A DNA stretch of 64,000 nucleotides from positions 11,464 to 75,463 of the forward strand of contig NW_021833304.1 of assembly GCF_006345805.1 (NCBI RefSeq). The letters run 5' to 3'. The notes under the pieces were generated by a model. That model did no database searches. It worked only from the letters and a program-made list of their open reading frames with translations, and had not been told where the DNA came from. The stretch is from Octopus sinensis (lineage: Eukaryota). Positions 1 to 13,214 of this stretch are shown here, piece by piece (the first letter of the stretch is position 1; every line of letters begins with the position of its first letter). The translations under genes and the position numbers were made by a program.

Positions 1-304
1 ACACACACGCACACCCACTTAAACACACATGCACTCGCATACATATGCACAGAAATAAAAAATTCAAAAATGTATTTTAGGTATAGGTAAATGTATGTAT
101 GTGTCCGTCTGTTTGTCGGTCTATCTATCTATCTTTCCCTCTCATTCCCTCACCATCTCTCTTGTTCTCTCTCTCCACACACACACACACATATATATAT
201 TTATATATATATATATATATATTCGAGTGTGTGTGTATATATATATTTATATATATATATATGTGTGTGCGTGTGAGTGTGAGAGAGAGAGAGAGAGAGA
301 GAGA

Positions 305-335
<31 letters not shown>

Positions 336-1043
336 GATAGATAGATATAATGTATATATGTATGTATATATGATGGGCTTCTTCAGTTTCCGTCTACCTC
401 ATCCAACTCACAAGACTTTGAACCTGGAATTATTGAGACTGGAAGCAAAGTTCTTTCCACGCAACCGTATTATATGATAAATATTTGCACATGTCTGCAC
501 TAATAAGTATTACTGTCGAAAATCTCAAAACACTTACTAAATTCCACGCAGAAACACACACGCACCCACACCCTCACACACGCATTTAATCTTTCTAATG
601 AAGCCTTACAATTGGTAAAGATAAGAATTCCATGTTTGTTTTGGTTTTAGAATCGTCTCATTGTAAGCTGCCGTGCTGCAACACATATTTTTGTACTTTA
701 GCAAGATCTTAGTACCAAGGAGACGCATGCACTGGTTATCTTTCACTTCAGTTAATAATTATATTAGCAATAGTCAATTAATTAATTGCTTTCACAAAGT
801 CTTTTTTTTTCCAGGCTGTGATCTCATCTAAGCCATTGTGACGATTGTTTCTCTTCTCCATGGCAACGCCCACTCATCGCTCTCAGGACAGATTATGGAG
901 TCTACGTTCGTAGTGAAAGTGGGATAATATTTATTTAATCTTTTTATGAAATAAAGACAACAACTTTTAAAGAGTTGCTATGCAGTGTGACAGGTACTGA
1001 TAGATGCAGAATGACAGACAGACAGACAGAGATACAGAGATAC

Positions 1044-1095
<52 letters not shown>

Positions 1096-1288
1096 GGAGT
1101 GAGAAAAAGAGTAATGCCTTATAACATCAACTTAAATACACCAACGCTTATCTATCAACATCTTCTCTTCATTAAACAAATTGTATATGACTTACATAAA
1201 CAAACATCATTTAAAACTGAAACTATCGGTAATCTTTTAATGTATGTCTGTATACGTACGCATTCATAGTATGCGCATATATATATAC

Positions 1289-1324
<36 letters not shown>

Positions 1325-1789
1325 ATTGCATACACATACATACATTCATAATACACACACACACACATTGATTGTGTGATAAATCTGTCCGTTTCTTTCC
1401 AATGGTTGCATTAACTTGAAAAATATTTTAATCGTTTTATCGTAATGTTTTACGGTTTTAGGTTTGTAGCTGCGTTTTGATCTGTAACTTTAGTTTGTCG
1501 CATTTGAAATGTGAATGAATATTATCTGTTTTTAGACATGGAGAATAAGGATTAACAATAAACGAAAATAAACGAACGAATTTATCTGACAACACAATGC
1601 AACCACCCACACACAATCATGTAGGAAACGGCAGCGGGAATGCGAAGAAGAAAGAGAGCGATGGAGGGGTTTTAGAAGAAAGTGGAAGGAAGAGGAGTTT
1701 GGTGCAAAGACATATGAATGAAAAGAAAGATATAGTGACACAAAGACACAAAGAAATCAAAGAGTGTCGAAAACACTTGAACATGGTGA

Positions 1790-2050
1790 AATGAATACCT
1801 CTGGCAACATTGGTAACGTCGGAATTATTGATATGGAAATGATATGAATTTGGAAAATAAAACACAATATTCAAACAGTAAAAACAATAATATATGGGAA
1901 AAAGTGAAAACAATATGTTGACAAGCTAAAGACAAATTCCTTTGTTTCAAACGCTGAACGAAAAAACGTATTTCAACGAGAGCAATATAGAATTGCCACT
2001 CAAGATTAAAATTTCTTTAGAAACCATTATCTAAGAGATTCCTTGGAACA
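1790..2050 (+). mobile_element. Possible RTE LINE remnant (EN-RT linker)
   Basis: KVKTIC*QAKDKFL resembles KIKRKCREAKEKWL; many stops. Confidence 0.3.
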
Positions 2051-2700
2051 ATGAAAGTATCAAAGACAAATATAAAAGGAAAAATGCAAAAAGAACAAAA
2101 GAAACAAATCGAAAACCAAACTGTAGATGATATAAAAATTGATATGTTTAACCTGGAGAATAAGTGGAAATATAGAGCATGTGAGTAGCACAAATTATTT
2201 AAAATCTATATTAAATAAAGTATGTATAAGGTGTATTTGTATAGGTAGAAACAGTGTAACTCGTTCAGAAACACATATAATGTATAGTTAAGCATCTTTG
2301 GATACACATTTCTCTTTCTTCTCCTTTATAAATATATATAAAAAAGAGTGTGTCGTATGGGTGTATGAGCGCGTGTGTACTGGTATGCATATATTTTAAG
2401 AGAGATGCGGAGGGCGTGACAAATGAACAAAAGGTAGAGACAAGGTTGACATTTTTCCACACTCCACTTCTCTGTTCCACGTGGTTTAACAATAATCATC
2501 ATAAATCTGATAGAGTATTAAGCAGGATGTGGGTCACCGAAACTGGAACACAAAAGACATGAGCAGCATTTTAGGCTATATATAACATACGCGAGTTTCA
2601 GTAAGCCGGTTACTGAAATTACATAGACCGGTTATTCAAGTTCGAGTCACTTCGTCATCAGTATCAGCAAAACAATATATATTAACAAACATGTGTATGC

Positions 2701-2743
<43 letters not shown>

Positions 2744-2744
2744 A

Positions 2745-2915
2745 AACAAAAGACGAAGACAGGTGTAGGAACAACAGGCAGGTGTATTAATTTGACGCTC
2801 GCAAAGGATGGAAAAGTCTTTTGTGTTTCGAGCCTGCGCTCTTCGACAGAAAGTATTCATAGGTAAATAAACGGAACGAGAAAAAATGTGCAGAATTCAA
2901 TGGTCCAACATTGCG
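2745..2915 (-). mobile_element. pLTR-like repeat, family 1
   Basis: Aligns with 43945-44090 (aaaacaaaagacgaag..aagtctttt..tttcgagcct.cgctctt). Confidence 0.55.
2814..2853 (-). ncRNA. Degenerate hammerhead-like motif (family 1)
   Basis: Minus strand cttt-CTGTCGA-a-gagc(gcag)gctc-GAAA-cac-aaaagac; A6U core and mutated cleavage site. Confidence 0.4.
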
Positions 2916-2943
2916 ATATATGTATATATACATATATACATAT

Positions 2944-2987
<44 letters not shown>

Positions 2988-3427
2988 TATATATATATAC
3001 ATATAGATAGATAGATACATATACACACACACGTGTGTGTGTGTTCTACATTAGGATGGTCATACTGTGACAGAAGAATCAGCTCACTGGTTGTAGTCTG
3101 TTTTTATACTTAATTGATTTATTAATTACTCAAACATTTAGTTGGTTTGTCAATACCGTCCCTCACTTCCCACAATTTTTGCAATGATTGCTCTCAGATT
3201 TTCTTCTTACCTCGGTTCTTTCTCCGGATTAGATCCGCATCTTTTTTCCATGTACCTTTTGGATGTTTTAATGTTTTAATGTTTTTTTTTGTTATTGAAT
3301 TCTTTTCGACAAAATTTCGACAGAAGCAAGACAATTAGACTTGTTCGATTTCAATAATCCAGTCTCGTCCTGCCATTCATTTTTGCAATTTTATTTTTGT
3401 TATCTATCTCTGCGTGGTATATCCTAG

Positions 3428-3593
3428 TTCCTCGAGCGCTGCGTATTACAAGATACAGTCTCTAGTTGAAAGATCAGATAAATTTGGGAACCAAAATAAT
3501 CTGGAGATGGCTTACGCAGCCAAAAACTTTCGGAAGCCTTCCATAAGTTCACTTTCATTGAATAAAGACCAGGATGATTGAATGAAGATCAAG
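3428..3593 (+). other. Candidate exon (possibly non-coding)
   Basis: Pyrimidine-rich acceptor ending atcctAG and donor AAG|GTGAGT. One frame is open for 50 codons before TGA; ATG AAG ATC AAG abuts the donor. Confidence 0.25.
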
Positions 3594-3906
3594 GTGAGTG
3601 AATTTATCGATTTCTCCAATGAACTCTCCTTTATTATTAGTTGATTGGGTTTGTAAAGGCCAGAATAGCGAAACTTAGTAACCTAATAATATTTTGGCTG
3701 ATTGCAACCTACAATAAAAACTCAATACGTCTGTTATCTTACATATTACTCATTAGAAACTTTACGATTGCATTTCTCTTGGAATAATTACAATAATTAA
3801 TCTATTTATATTAATTATTTTATCGTATTTTCATTGGTTTTCCAACCATTAATTACTCTCTAACCCATATTCAGTTTCAATATTATTCTTTTATTCATTC
3901 AACTCC

Positions 3907-3911
<5 letters not shown>

Positions 3912-3994
<83 letters not shown>

Positions 3995-4129
3995 ATGTGT
4001 ATGCGTGTGTGTATATAATATATGCACACGCATATGTATATATATATATATAATATATAATAAATTAATAACGCACGCATCCATTTCTAAGTAAGATTGT
4101 TCTTGATATATATATATATATATATATAT

Positions 4130-4184
<55 letters not shown>

Positions 4185-4320
4185 ATGTATGTATGTAAAT
4201 ATATATATGCATATGTATGTGTATATATATGTGTGTTGTATGTATATGTATATGTTTATATATATATATATATATATACTATATATTATTAAATACATAT
4301 AATTATATAATATATAATGA
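3912..4320. repeat. (TA)n/(TG)n compound microsatellite; comparable TA blocks at 10310-10610, 11250-11340, 15710-15800, 30720-31000, 34830-35070, 36270-36540, 61985-62430, 63470-63560, 63830-63930
   Basis: Direct reading. Confidence 0.95.
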
Positions 4321-4619
4321 TGGAAGTATGTCCGAACTTTCGTGATCAATCATATTTTGTATCACAATTATCAGGAGTTTCAGTGAACGTATTGGGTAAA
4401 TATTTCGAATCGTGTTGCCATAACTGACAGACGGAAAGTTTAGTGATTAAAAATGTTGGCAAAGAATCGATAAGAATCTTGGGGAAATATAAGATAGACA
4501 GGCGCACTCTTTACGACGTGTGATTTCTTCTTTAACTTCACAGACTTGTGTGTGAAGTTAACAACTTGATATCTGATCCATTATATTAACTGTACTCCGC
4601 CTTTGTTATCAGCAAGATG

Positions 4620-5865
4620 TATGGATCCAAGTTTTATGATAAGATGGCGATAATTGAAAGAACAAAACAATACCTGACGTCCTTATATTTCGACGTCTTC
4701 AAATGTAAAGCTGCTTTCAACATTCACTAGAGTATCAAGAAGTGTCGGTCTCGAATTAATGCCAATTACAAAGGCGTCAATCAACATTACCGCAGTGTTG
4801 CAGCTGCCGTGGATGGTGAAGTGAAAAGATTGGGTTGAAGTACAGATAAGTGTGATACAAGGGGTTATGTTATCCTCTCTAATCTTAATTACTTCAGGAA
4901 GTTGTCTTGAGAGCACTTACACAATTATATATAAAATTCTGCACTCAATAATGTCTTATCCGTTGTTATTAAGCTGACGGCACAAACTTCGTATCCACGA
5001 CATTTGACGAAGTGAGAATATCCGCTTTACAAAGCGAAACATACAAAATAATTCTCGAAAGCGCCTGAAGTAGAACATGTCGTATAGTTGGAAGTTTTCT
5101 TGAGTGGGATCAAATGATATGAAAAGTCGTGGCTCACGGACATGTAAGATGCTTGCATTAGGGAGACTAAGAAACATGACATTGAAACAAACGAGACAGC
5201 AGCCAGCGGCGATTCAAAGCTCAGCTGTATAATGAATCTATCGGTGGTAAAGTCTGAAAATAAATATCAGTTGGAATAATTTGAAACATGGCGCCTGAGA
5301 TTTATATAATGGGTGTCATTGCGAGAAAGGCTTAAATAAGGATTTTCAATTTACTAACTCATGTGTCCACTTCCTCATATAGAGAATTTAAACAATTTTA
5401 TTCATTACAAGATTCATTACAATCTTATTCATTACATTATTCATTATATTTTATTTAAGCTTAAAACATTTTACAAAAAATTATGTAGAAACGTTTACTG
5501 AAAGACCAACTCTTTATATAACTGTATCCCAAATTATGATATATTTTATATAACTATCTTAAACCATTTATTTGGAGTTCGAGCGATAACTCACTTTCCA
5601 TGTTATTACGCGTATGATAAGGAAAAGAATGAAGGATACAGCTGAGTGACAAGAAGACCTCAAAATATCTACGTTAATCACGGGTTCTGTCAAGGCTTCC
5701 CGAACCATAGACCGCGTGGTTAATCTAAAACCTGAAATCCTCAGAAATGTGAGGTAAAGGATCCGCAATGTTACGATTTTAAGCAACAGCAGAGTGTCAA
5801 ACAGAAGAATATGGTGGCGGTGAAGTTGATAGGTTGGAGCAGACATTCTCAGAAGACTGACAAGC
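4620..5865 (+). mobile_element. Degenerate RTE-clade LINE RT and C-terminal fragments
   Basis: KDWVEVQISVIQGVMLSSLIL (cf. GVRQGCVLSPLLF); *ADGTNFV at 4970 (cf. YADD); ILRNVR*RIRNVTIL (cf. ILRIRWQDRIRN). Confidence 0.6.
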
Positions 5866-5908
5866 AGAGAATGTACATAAATACATACATACGTATACAT
5901 AACTACAT

Positions 5909-5972
<64 letters not shown>

Positions 5973-6764
5973 CACACATGTATCTGTGTATGTATGTGTA
6001 TAAATATATATATATTTATACACACATAATACACGCATATATACACACAGACAGGCAGACACACACATATATACATTTAAACCTGTGTGAATAAAAAAGC
6101 TATGCAAATGTGTATACACAGGCATAGAAGATATTAGTTTCCTCATACGAATGGTTGTCATGCATGCTAAGACTGGCTCTTTGGAAAGTGTGTGTGTATC
6201 TGTGTGGTGTGCAGGATAATGTATACACGTAGATTATCCCTGAATGCGCTCGATGTATCTGAGTTCAGACATCAGCTTCAGATAAAAGGAAAGCCACCAT
6301 ATTTCAGCATTGAAATGTTTCAGCATTGATCCATTCCCGCAGCCCATTAACCCTTTCCTTAGCGTAAGGTGGCCGTAAATCTGTCATCGTTTTGTCTGTG
6401 TTACATAATGACATTGTCAATAACCGTGCTAGCAAGTACATTTCTAATTTAAACTCCTAACAGACATGAAAAGAAACCAGAATGGAAAATGTTATTTCAT
6501 CTCGAAATCACGTTACATCACACCAGAATTAATCTACTCTTACAATGTGATTAGCGATCAATCGATTGGTATTCGCCAAGTCTGATAAACTTAAGAAGAA
6601 AAGTAAAAACGCCAGCCTTTGTGGAGGGCAGAAAGGAAAAAGCGAAAAAATCAAAAAGCAAAACAGTAACCCAAAACATGATGATGAAGTGACTTTTGCA
6701 GTGAAGAAGGAATTGAAAAGAATTTTCCCGACATAACAAAGCGGTTTTTCGTGCTACTGTAGCA

Positions 6765-6772
6765 ATGATGAC

Positions 6773-6811
<39 letters not shown>

Positions 6812-6869
6812 ATGATGATATCATTAATAATAATAATAATAATAATAATAGGAAGAAGAAGAAGAAGAA

Positions 6870-6916
<47 letters not shown>

Positions 6917-6930
6917 AGAAGAAGAAAAGA
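6765..6930. repeat. (GAT)n-(AAT)n-(GAA)n compound trinucleotide repeat
   Basis: Direct reading. Confidence 0.95.
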
Positions 6931-7152
6931 GCAACGAAAAACAGAATCCTCATCAATATCAACCGCAAAAACAACAACAATGAAAACAGCAACAATAACA
7001 ATAATAATATTAATAATAATAGTAATAACAACAACAACAGAGAGTTTTATATAGTTGAACGACTGCTGAAAACTTGTGGTTACCTAATTTCACAGCTAGT
7101 AACCTGCTACCTACGTAATTCCTACAAGGTATAAGACCAAACCGAAGCCAAA

Positions 7153-7208
<56 letters not shown>

Positions 7209-8327
7209 AAAAATAATAATAATAATAACAACAATAATCTTTTCTAATAGAGGCACGAGGCCTGAAATATGGAGGGGGTAAGTCACCACCTTAATAACAG
7301 CAAGAAGAAGAAGAAGAAGACGAAGAAGAAGAAGAAGAAGAAGAGGAAGTGGAAGGAGAAGAAGTAGAAGAAGAGGAGTAAGGAGGAGGGGGCGGAGGAG
7401 GAGAAAGAGAAAGAAGTTGAGGATTATTAGAGTAATGTACGTCCAGAGCAGATTAGCACTTAAGATGTTGTGTGGTAGGAGTTGCCATCGATGTGTTTCT
7501 TTGATTCAGTTGAGACGCAGTTCAAGGTTGGACGACAGGTTTTTAGTTTGTTTGCGAGTAACAAACGTAAGAAAGAAGAGATGAGAGAAACAAAGGCTGT
7601 GATGTAAAAAATAATTACTTCTTTACACGTTTACTTCTAAGAATAATCGAAAGAGCACAATAACAATGCACTGTTACAATAAGGCTTTAATGAAGGACGT
7701 CCAACTGCTCTGCATCCATCCGGCAATCCGGAAATAGAAACGACCAATGGTTCAATGCATACGTAATCATTTATTAAAACGTTATTTTGTGTGTGTGTGA
7801 ATGTATGTGTGTGTGTGTGTGTGTGTATTCTTTCCTCGCTCCTTGAATTTTTCTCCAACGAATCGACTTCACTACCCCCCCACACATACATACACACTTA
7901 TGTACTCTTGTACTTGTTTCAGTCATTTGACTGTGATCATGCTGCAGCACCGCCTTTAGTCGAGCAAATCAACCCCAGGACTTATTCTTTGTAAGCCTTG
8001 TACTTATTCTATCGTACTCTTTTGCCCAACCGCTAAGTTACGGGGAGGTAAACATACCAGCATCGGTTGTCAAGCGATGTTGGCGGGGACAAACACAGAC
8101 ACAAACATACACCACACACACACACACACAAGCATATATATATATATATATTATATACACCACACATATATGTATACGTATACACTTCTATTACATACAT
8201 ACATATATATACATCTATATATATATATTATATATATATATATCATATATATATATATATAATATAATATATATGTAGTATGTAGTATGTATGCGGATTA
8301 AGAGCAGCTTTAATAATATATTTTAAA

Positions 8328-8648
8328 GACTCCGCCGGTTACGACGACGAGGGTCCCAGCTGATACGATCAACGGAACAGCTTGCTCGTGAAATTAACGT
8401 GCAAATGGCTGAGCATTCCACAGACACGTGTACCCTTAACGTAGTTCTCGGGGATAATCAGCGTGAGACAGAGAGTGACAAGGCTGACCCTTTGAAATAC
8501 AAGTACAACTCATTTTTGCCAGCTGAATGGACTGGAGCAACGTGAAATAAAGTGTCTTGCTCAAGGACACAACGCGTCGCCGGGAATCGAACTCACAACC
8601 TTACGATCATGAGCCGAATGCCCTAACCACTAAGCCACGCGCCCTCAC
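8328..8648 (-). mobile_element. tRNA-derived SINE, family C, full length
   Basis: Minus strand A box tggcttagtgg, B box gagttcgattcc, then ttgtgtccttgagcaagacactt domain. Confidence 0.9.
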
Positions 8649-8724
8649 TTAAATTATATATATATATACAACACACATATATGTATACGTATACACTTCT
8701 ATATACATACATACATATATATCA

Positions 8725-8791
<67 letters not shown>

Positions 8792-8879
8792 ATGTGTATG
8801 TATGTATGCGGATTAAGAGCAGCTTAATAAATACCCAAACATTTTTACCCTTATACACATATACATATATCACAGTATT

Positions 8880-9055
8880 CAGTATCGACCACGCCAGCAG
8901 ATGTTGTTATACATCACTGGTCACAATGCGCTTCCAATTCTCTCTTGATTTCGTCATTCTTTCCCATCTTAACCCATATTGCTTGATTAAATCGTCTTCC
9001 ATCGCCGTGGAGGCCTTTCAACTGACCTTTTCCGATCCCTTAACTACCACTCGGT
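8880..9055 (-). mobile_element. RTE LINE 3' end remnant
   Basis: Minus strand EDDLIKQYGLRWERMTKSRENWKRIV resembles the RTE C-terminus (W.D.I....W.R...DR..W). Confidence 0.55.
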
Positions 9056-9309
9056 AGCTGCAACATTTGATAACAGGTGTTCGTGTTTTTACGGCCCGAT
9101 AATCTAGCAGTTTGGTAAAGTAACGGATGGAATTAGTAACAGGCTTAATAAAAGGTTAGTACGGGTGTGGATTCGCTAATTGAAATTCTTCAAGGCGGTG
9201 CCCTAACATGGCCGCTGTCTAATGAATGAAACAAATAAGAGAGATAAAGGAGATGAATGACATAGGCTAATGATCGTCAGCGCCGGGTCTCATGAGGAAT
9301 GGGGGGTAA

Positions 9310-9700
9310 ATTGTAAAGAAACAGAAGAGACAGGGAGCGGGAGGGAAAGACAGAGAGGGTGAGAGGCGGGAGAGAAAAAGAGAAGGGGAGAGAGTGAGTG
9401 AGAGAGAGGGCAGGGAGAGGAAGAGAATGAGGGGGAGAGAAGGAGAGAGACGGAAAAGGAGGAAGAGAGAGGGAGACGGAGAGGGAGGAGAGAGGGAGAG
9501 AGAGACTGAGAGAGATAGGAAGAGAGAGGGAGAGAGCGAGAGAGACAGGGAGAGAGAGAAAGAGAGAGGGGGAGAGAGTGAGGAAGAAACATATGAAGAG
9601 ATAGAGTGGGAGAGCGAGAGGGAGAGAGTGGAAGATAGAAGAAGAGAGAGAGGGAGAGAAGGAGGGTAAGTAGACGGAGGGAAAGAGAGAAAGCGAGAAA
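9310..9700 (+). repeat. ~390-bp GA-rich polypurine tract
   Basis: Almost exclusively G/A on the + strand. Confidence 0.9.
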
Positions 9701-10505
9701 ATATTTATAATTCTTAAGAATGCTGAGTATAAATTGAGATGTCGAGAAAGGGGGTGTGGTGTGAAAGATGGGTCCTGAGATGGATAGAAAGAAGGAATAA
9801 AGAGCCAACGAGTGTGTGGAGGAAAAGAGAAGATGGACAGGGCGACCTCCCATCAATTTAAAATTTGCACTATTAGAAGATGAACTTCAATAACGTTTTA
9901 GCTATTATCTATAACGCTAGATTCACAGATGCACGAGAGTGCATATATATATACATACATACACGGACACATACATATATATATATATATACATGGTTAA
10001 AATTATATGGAAAACACAATCATGTGCACGTTAATTATGTGTGTGTATGTGTGTGTACGTGCATGTGTGTTTATGCGTTTGTGTGCGGATGTGTGTGTAT
10101 ATATATATGTGTGTGTGTGTACAGTTAAAATATTTATCGGCAATTTGTGAGTGACAAGACCCAACCTACTCGTAGCTGCGAGATCACTGACATCGGTTTC
10201 CTTGGAAACGTAATTTTTAATAGTTTTTATATTTACACATTCGTACAATTACTTTGTTAGTTAATATTGGAATGGCTTCATCATAAATTAAGTATGAAAC
10301 ACATATAATTGGTATATATATACATGTATATATATAATATATATATATATAATATATATTACACACATACATATATATATACATATGATACATATATATA
10401 TATATATAATATTAATATGAGGGAATATTATTCCCAACTTATTGAATTGATATAAGGTGTTTTTTTATTATATATTATACATACACAGACATATATTATT
10501 ATACA

Positions 10506-10575
<70 letters not shown>

Positions 10576-10626
10576 ATATATATATGTATATATACATACA
10601 TATATATATATGATGATAAAATAATG

Positions 10627-10658
<32 letters not shown>

Positions 10659-11275
10659 TAATAATAATAATAATAATAATAAATAATAATATATAATATG
10701 AGGGAATATTATTCCATACTTATTGAAAAATGGTGTTTCTTTTTCTAATATATATATATATATACGTGTGAGTGCGTATGCGTGTTTATAGAAATGCCAA
10801 CACACTCCATAGAAAGATAATGCAGGCGAGTAATTGAGAGAAAAATATGTTGTTTTGCAATTCAGCAAATAATATTTGAATGTTGTAAATACAAGAAGAA
10901 TACATTGGCGAACAAAAAGAAAGGAACAAGGAGGAAAGAAAAAGAAAGAACTGGAAGAGAGAAAGGAAAGAAGATGGAGGCAGCGTGATTTCGACATCTT
11001 GTTAAATCTTGGCATATAATATAATGATATTGATCATTTGTTGTGAATATATAATTTATTCTTCAGATTATATGAGAAAATATGTACATGCATGCATATC
11101 TGTATCTATAGCTAACTCGCTCTACATTATATATAAAGCATATCTAATATATATATATTATATATATATCGTATATATTACATCTACCAACATAAATTAT
11201 ATATACATACATATCTGTATATGTATGTATACAGATATGAATGTGGTGTATATATATATATATATAATATATTAT

Positions 11276-11309
<34 letters not shown>

Positions 11310-11344
11310 GATATATATATATATAGATATATATATATATATGA

Positions 11345-11765
11345 TGTAGGCGCATTAGTGAGTGTGGTAAGTGGATTGCTTACCCAACCAATGTTTCCGG
11401 TTCAGTCCCACTGTGTGTGACACCTGGAAAGTGTCTTGTACTATAGCCACAGGCCGACCAAATCTTTTTGAGTGGATTTAGTAGACGGAGACTAAAGAAG
11501 CCCGCCGTAATATATATATCTATAATATATATATATATATATATAATATATATATATATAATATATATGTATATTTATGTGCGTGTGTGTGTGTTTGTGT
11601 CTGTGTGCGTGTGTGTTTGCGTGTCATTGTTTGTCCCCCACCAACATCGCTTGACAACCACCGGTGCTGACAAAGAATAAGTCCTGCGGGTCGATTTGAT
11701 CGACTAAATGCAGTGCTCCAGCATGGCCTCAGTCAGTTGACTGAAGCAAGTAAAAGAATAAAAGA
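11345..11765 (+). mobile_element. SINE family B with internal (TA)n/(TG)n
   Basis: tRNA-like head, ..gacggaaactgaaagaagcccg-like segment, microsatellite, then tail tttgtcccccaccatcgcttgacaacc..cagcatggcc..agtaaaagaata. Confidence 0.85.
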
Positions 11766-11808
11766 ACACCACACACACAAACTATATATATATATATAGA
11801 TATATTAT

Positions 11809-11839
<31 letters not shown>

Positions 11840-12269
11840 GCATATAATATATATATATATATATATGAATACAAACAGACAGACTGTCATATGCGTTTGT
11901 ATGTTTGTGGTGTGTATGCATGTTTTTCCATGAAATATTAATTCCAACATCACTCAATGTTATAACTATGCCTTACCACCGCAGCTTGTTATTCACTATC
12001 TCGTCAAGCCCCGCGTTATTATTCTATCTTAACAATAGGCTGTGCCAAGTTAATTATCTTTAAAAATCTGTTTAGCCATTTCTCATGTTCTATAATTGTT
12101 ATTTTCCAGTTTTTCTTACGTCCATATTTATAAGTTATAAGCTTGTCATAGTTTTCTACCAGCAATAATATAATTTTGCAGTTTATATATTTGTAAAATG
12201 AGCTGTTTAGAAACATCCCACCTGCCCACACACACGGACACTAATGTGCCTGTGAGTGTGCACGTATGC

Positions 12270-12304
<35 letters not shown>

Positions 12305-13086
12305 CGTGTTTGCTTTTGTACGTGGGTGTGTGTGTTTGTAGGTGGTTTCTCTCTGTGATTTCCTCACTCCAAACAAAACATTACGCGAGCTGAGTCACCT
12401 CAGAGAGCAATCGCTGAAAAATCAGAATAAAAAAAAGCCATGATTGATTTTGATTATTGGGATCGCCTTAGAATATTGGTTTAAAATTTTGGGTCAGGTT
12501 AGGATGTTGGGAAGTTGGGTTTAGTCGATTACATCGACCCCAGTGTTCAACTGGTATTTATCTTATCAACTTCAAAAATATGAGCATGGTACATTTATGT
12601 TCTTATATAATCTAAGATTGTGTTAAATAATTTACGTTGTTATATAATGCATCAATAATATGATAGTGAAACAGCTGTAGTAATTTATGTTCTTATTTCA
12701 TACATATGCTACTCCTGGAGCCAACCCCAAGGTCGGATCTAAAATTTATATTGGATTTCGTACATATGTGGAGACACACAGACAGACAGGCAAACACACA
12801 CGCACACAAGTCATTGGAAACAATCCTTGGTGTTATTTATTCGCCATGTGTTTTATTTACTAATACATATAGAGAGTCACACGCATACACACATATGATA
12901 TACATTCAGTCACTCTTACATACACCTACATATATAAAATTCACATATTAAATCGGATTAGTCCACTTGTATGGGAAAGCGTGCGGCCTATTGATTCCGA
13001 GCTTGTGTTCAGCGTCATGAAGTGACGAGTTGAATTATGGACCCAGGCTGTCCCTAAACAATTTCCCGTTATTTCAGACTACTCAC

Positions 13087-13214
13087 AAGAAAGTGTACTG
13101 GAACCGGCTGTGGTTGCAGTCCCAACTCTCCCTTCAGCTGCCACATTCTCGATGTTTCGCTGAAACTAGCGAGGAATGATCTGGCAGTGAGTCTGCTCGC
13201 TGCTCCATAGGCAT
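13087..13214 (-). other. Exon-like segment or CRE-like retrotransposon remnant
   Basis: Acceptor tttctctaaactttttttAG, donor GTGAGT, one open frame (D)AYGAASRLTARSFLASFSETSRMWQLKGELGLQPQPVPVHFL; weak resemblance to an RLE-type C-terminus. Confidence 0.3.

Noticed and set aside
853-867. RFX X-box-like ttctccatggcaac
   Set aside because: Mismatch in one half-site and no promoter context.
3209-3252. Minus-strand MEKRCGSNPEKEP followed by AG|GTAAG
   Set aside because: Short, no recognisable product and no supporting downstream exon.
8575-8648. tRNA gene-like sequence (also 37200-37280 and 40862-40935)
   Set aside because: These are SINE heads: they run into SINE bodies, the anticodon loop differs between copies, and there is no clean acceptor stem or terminator.
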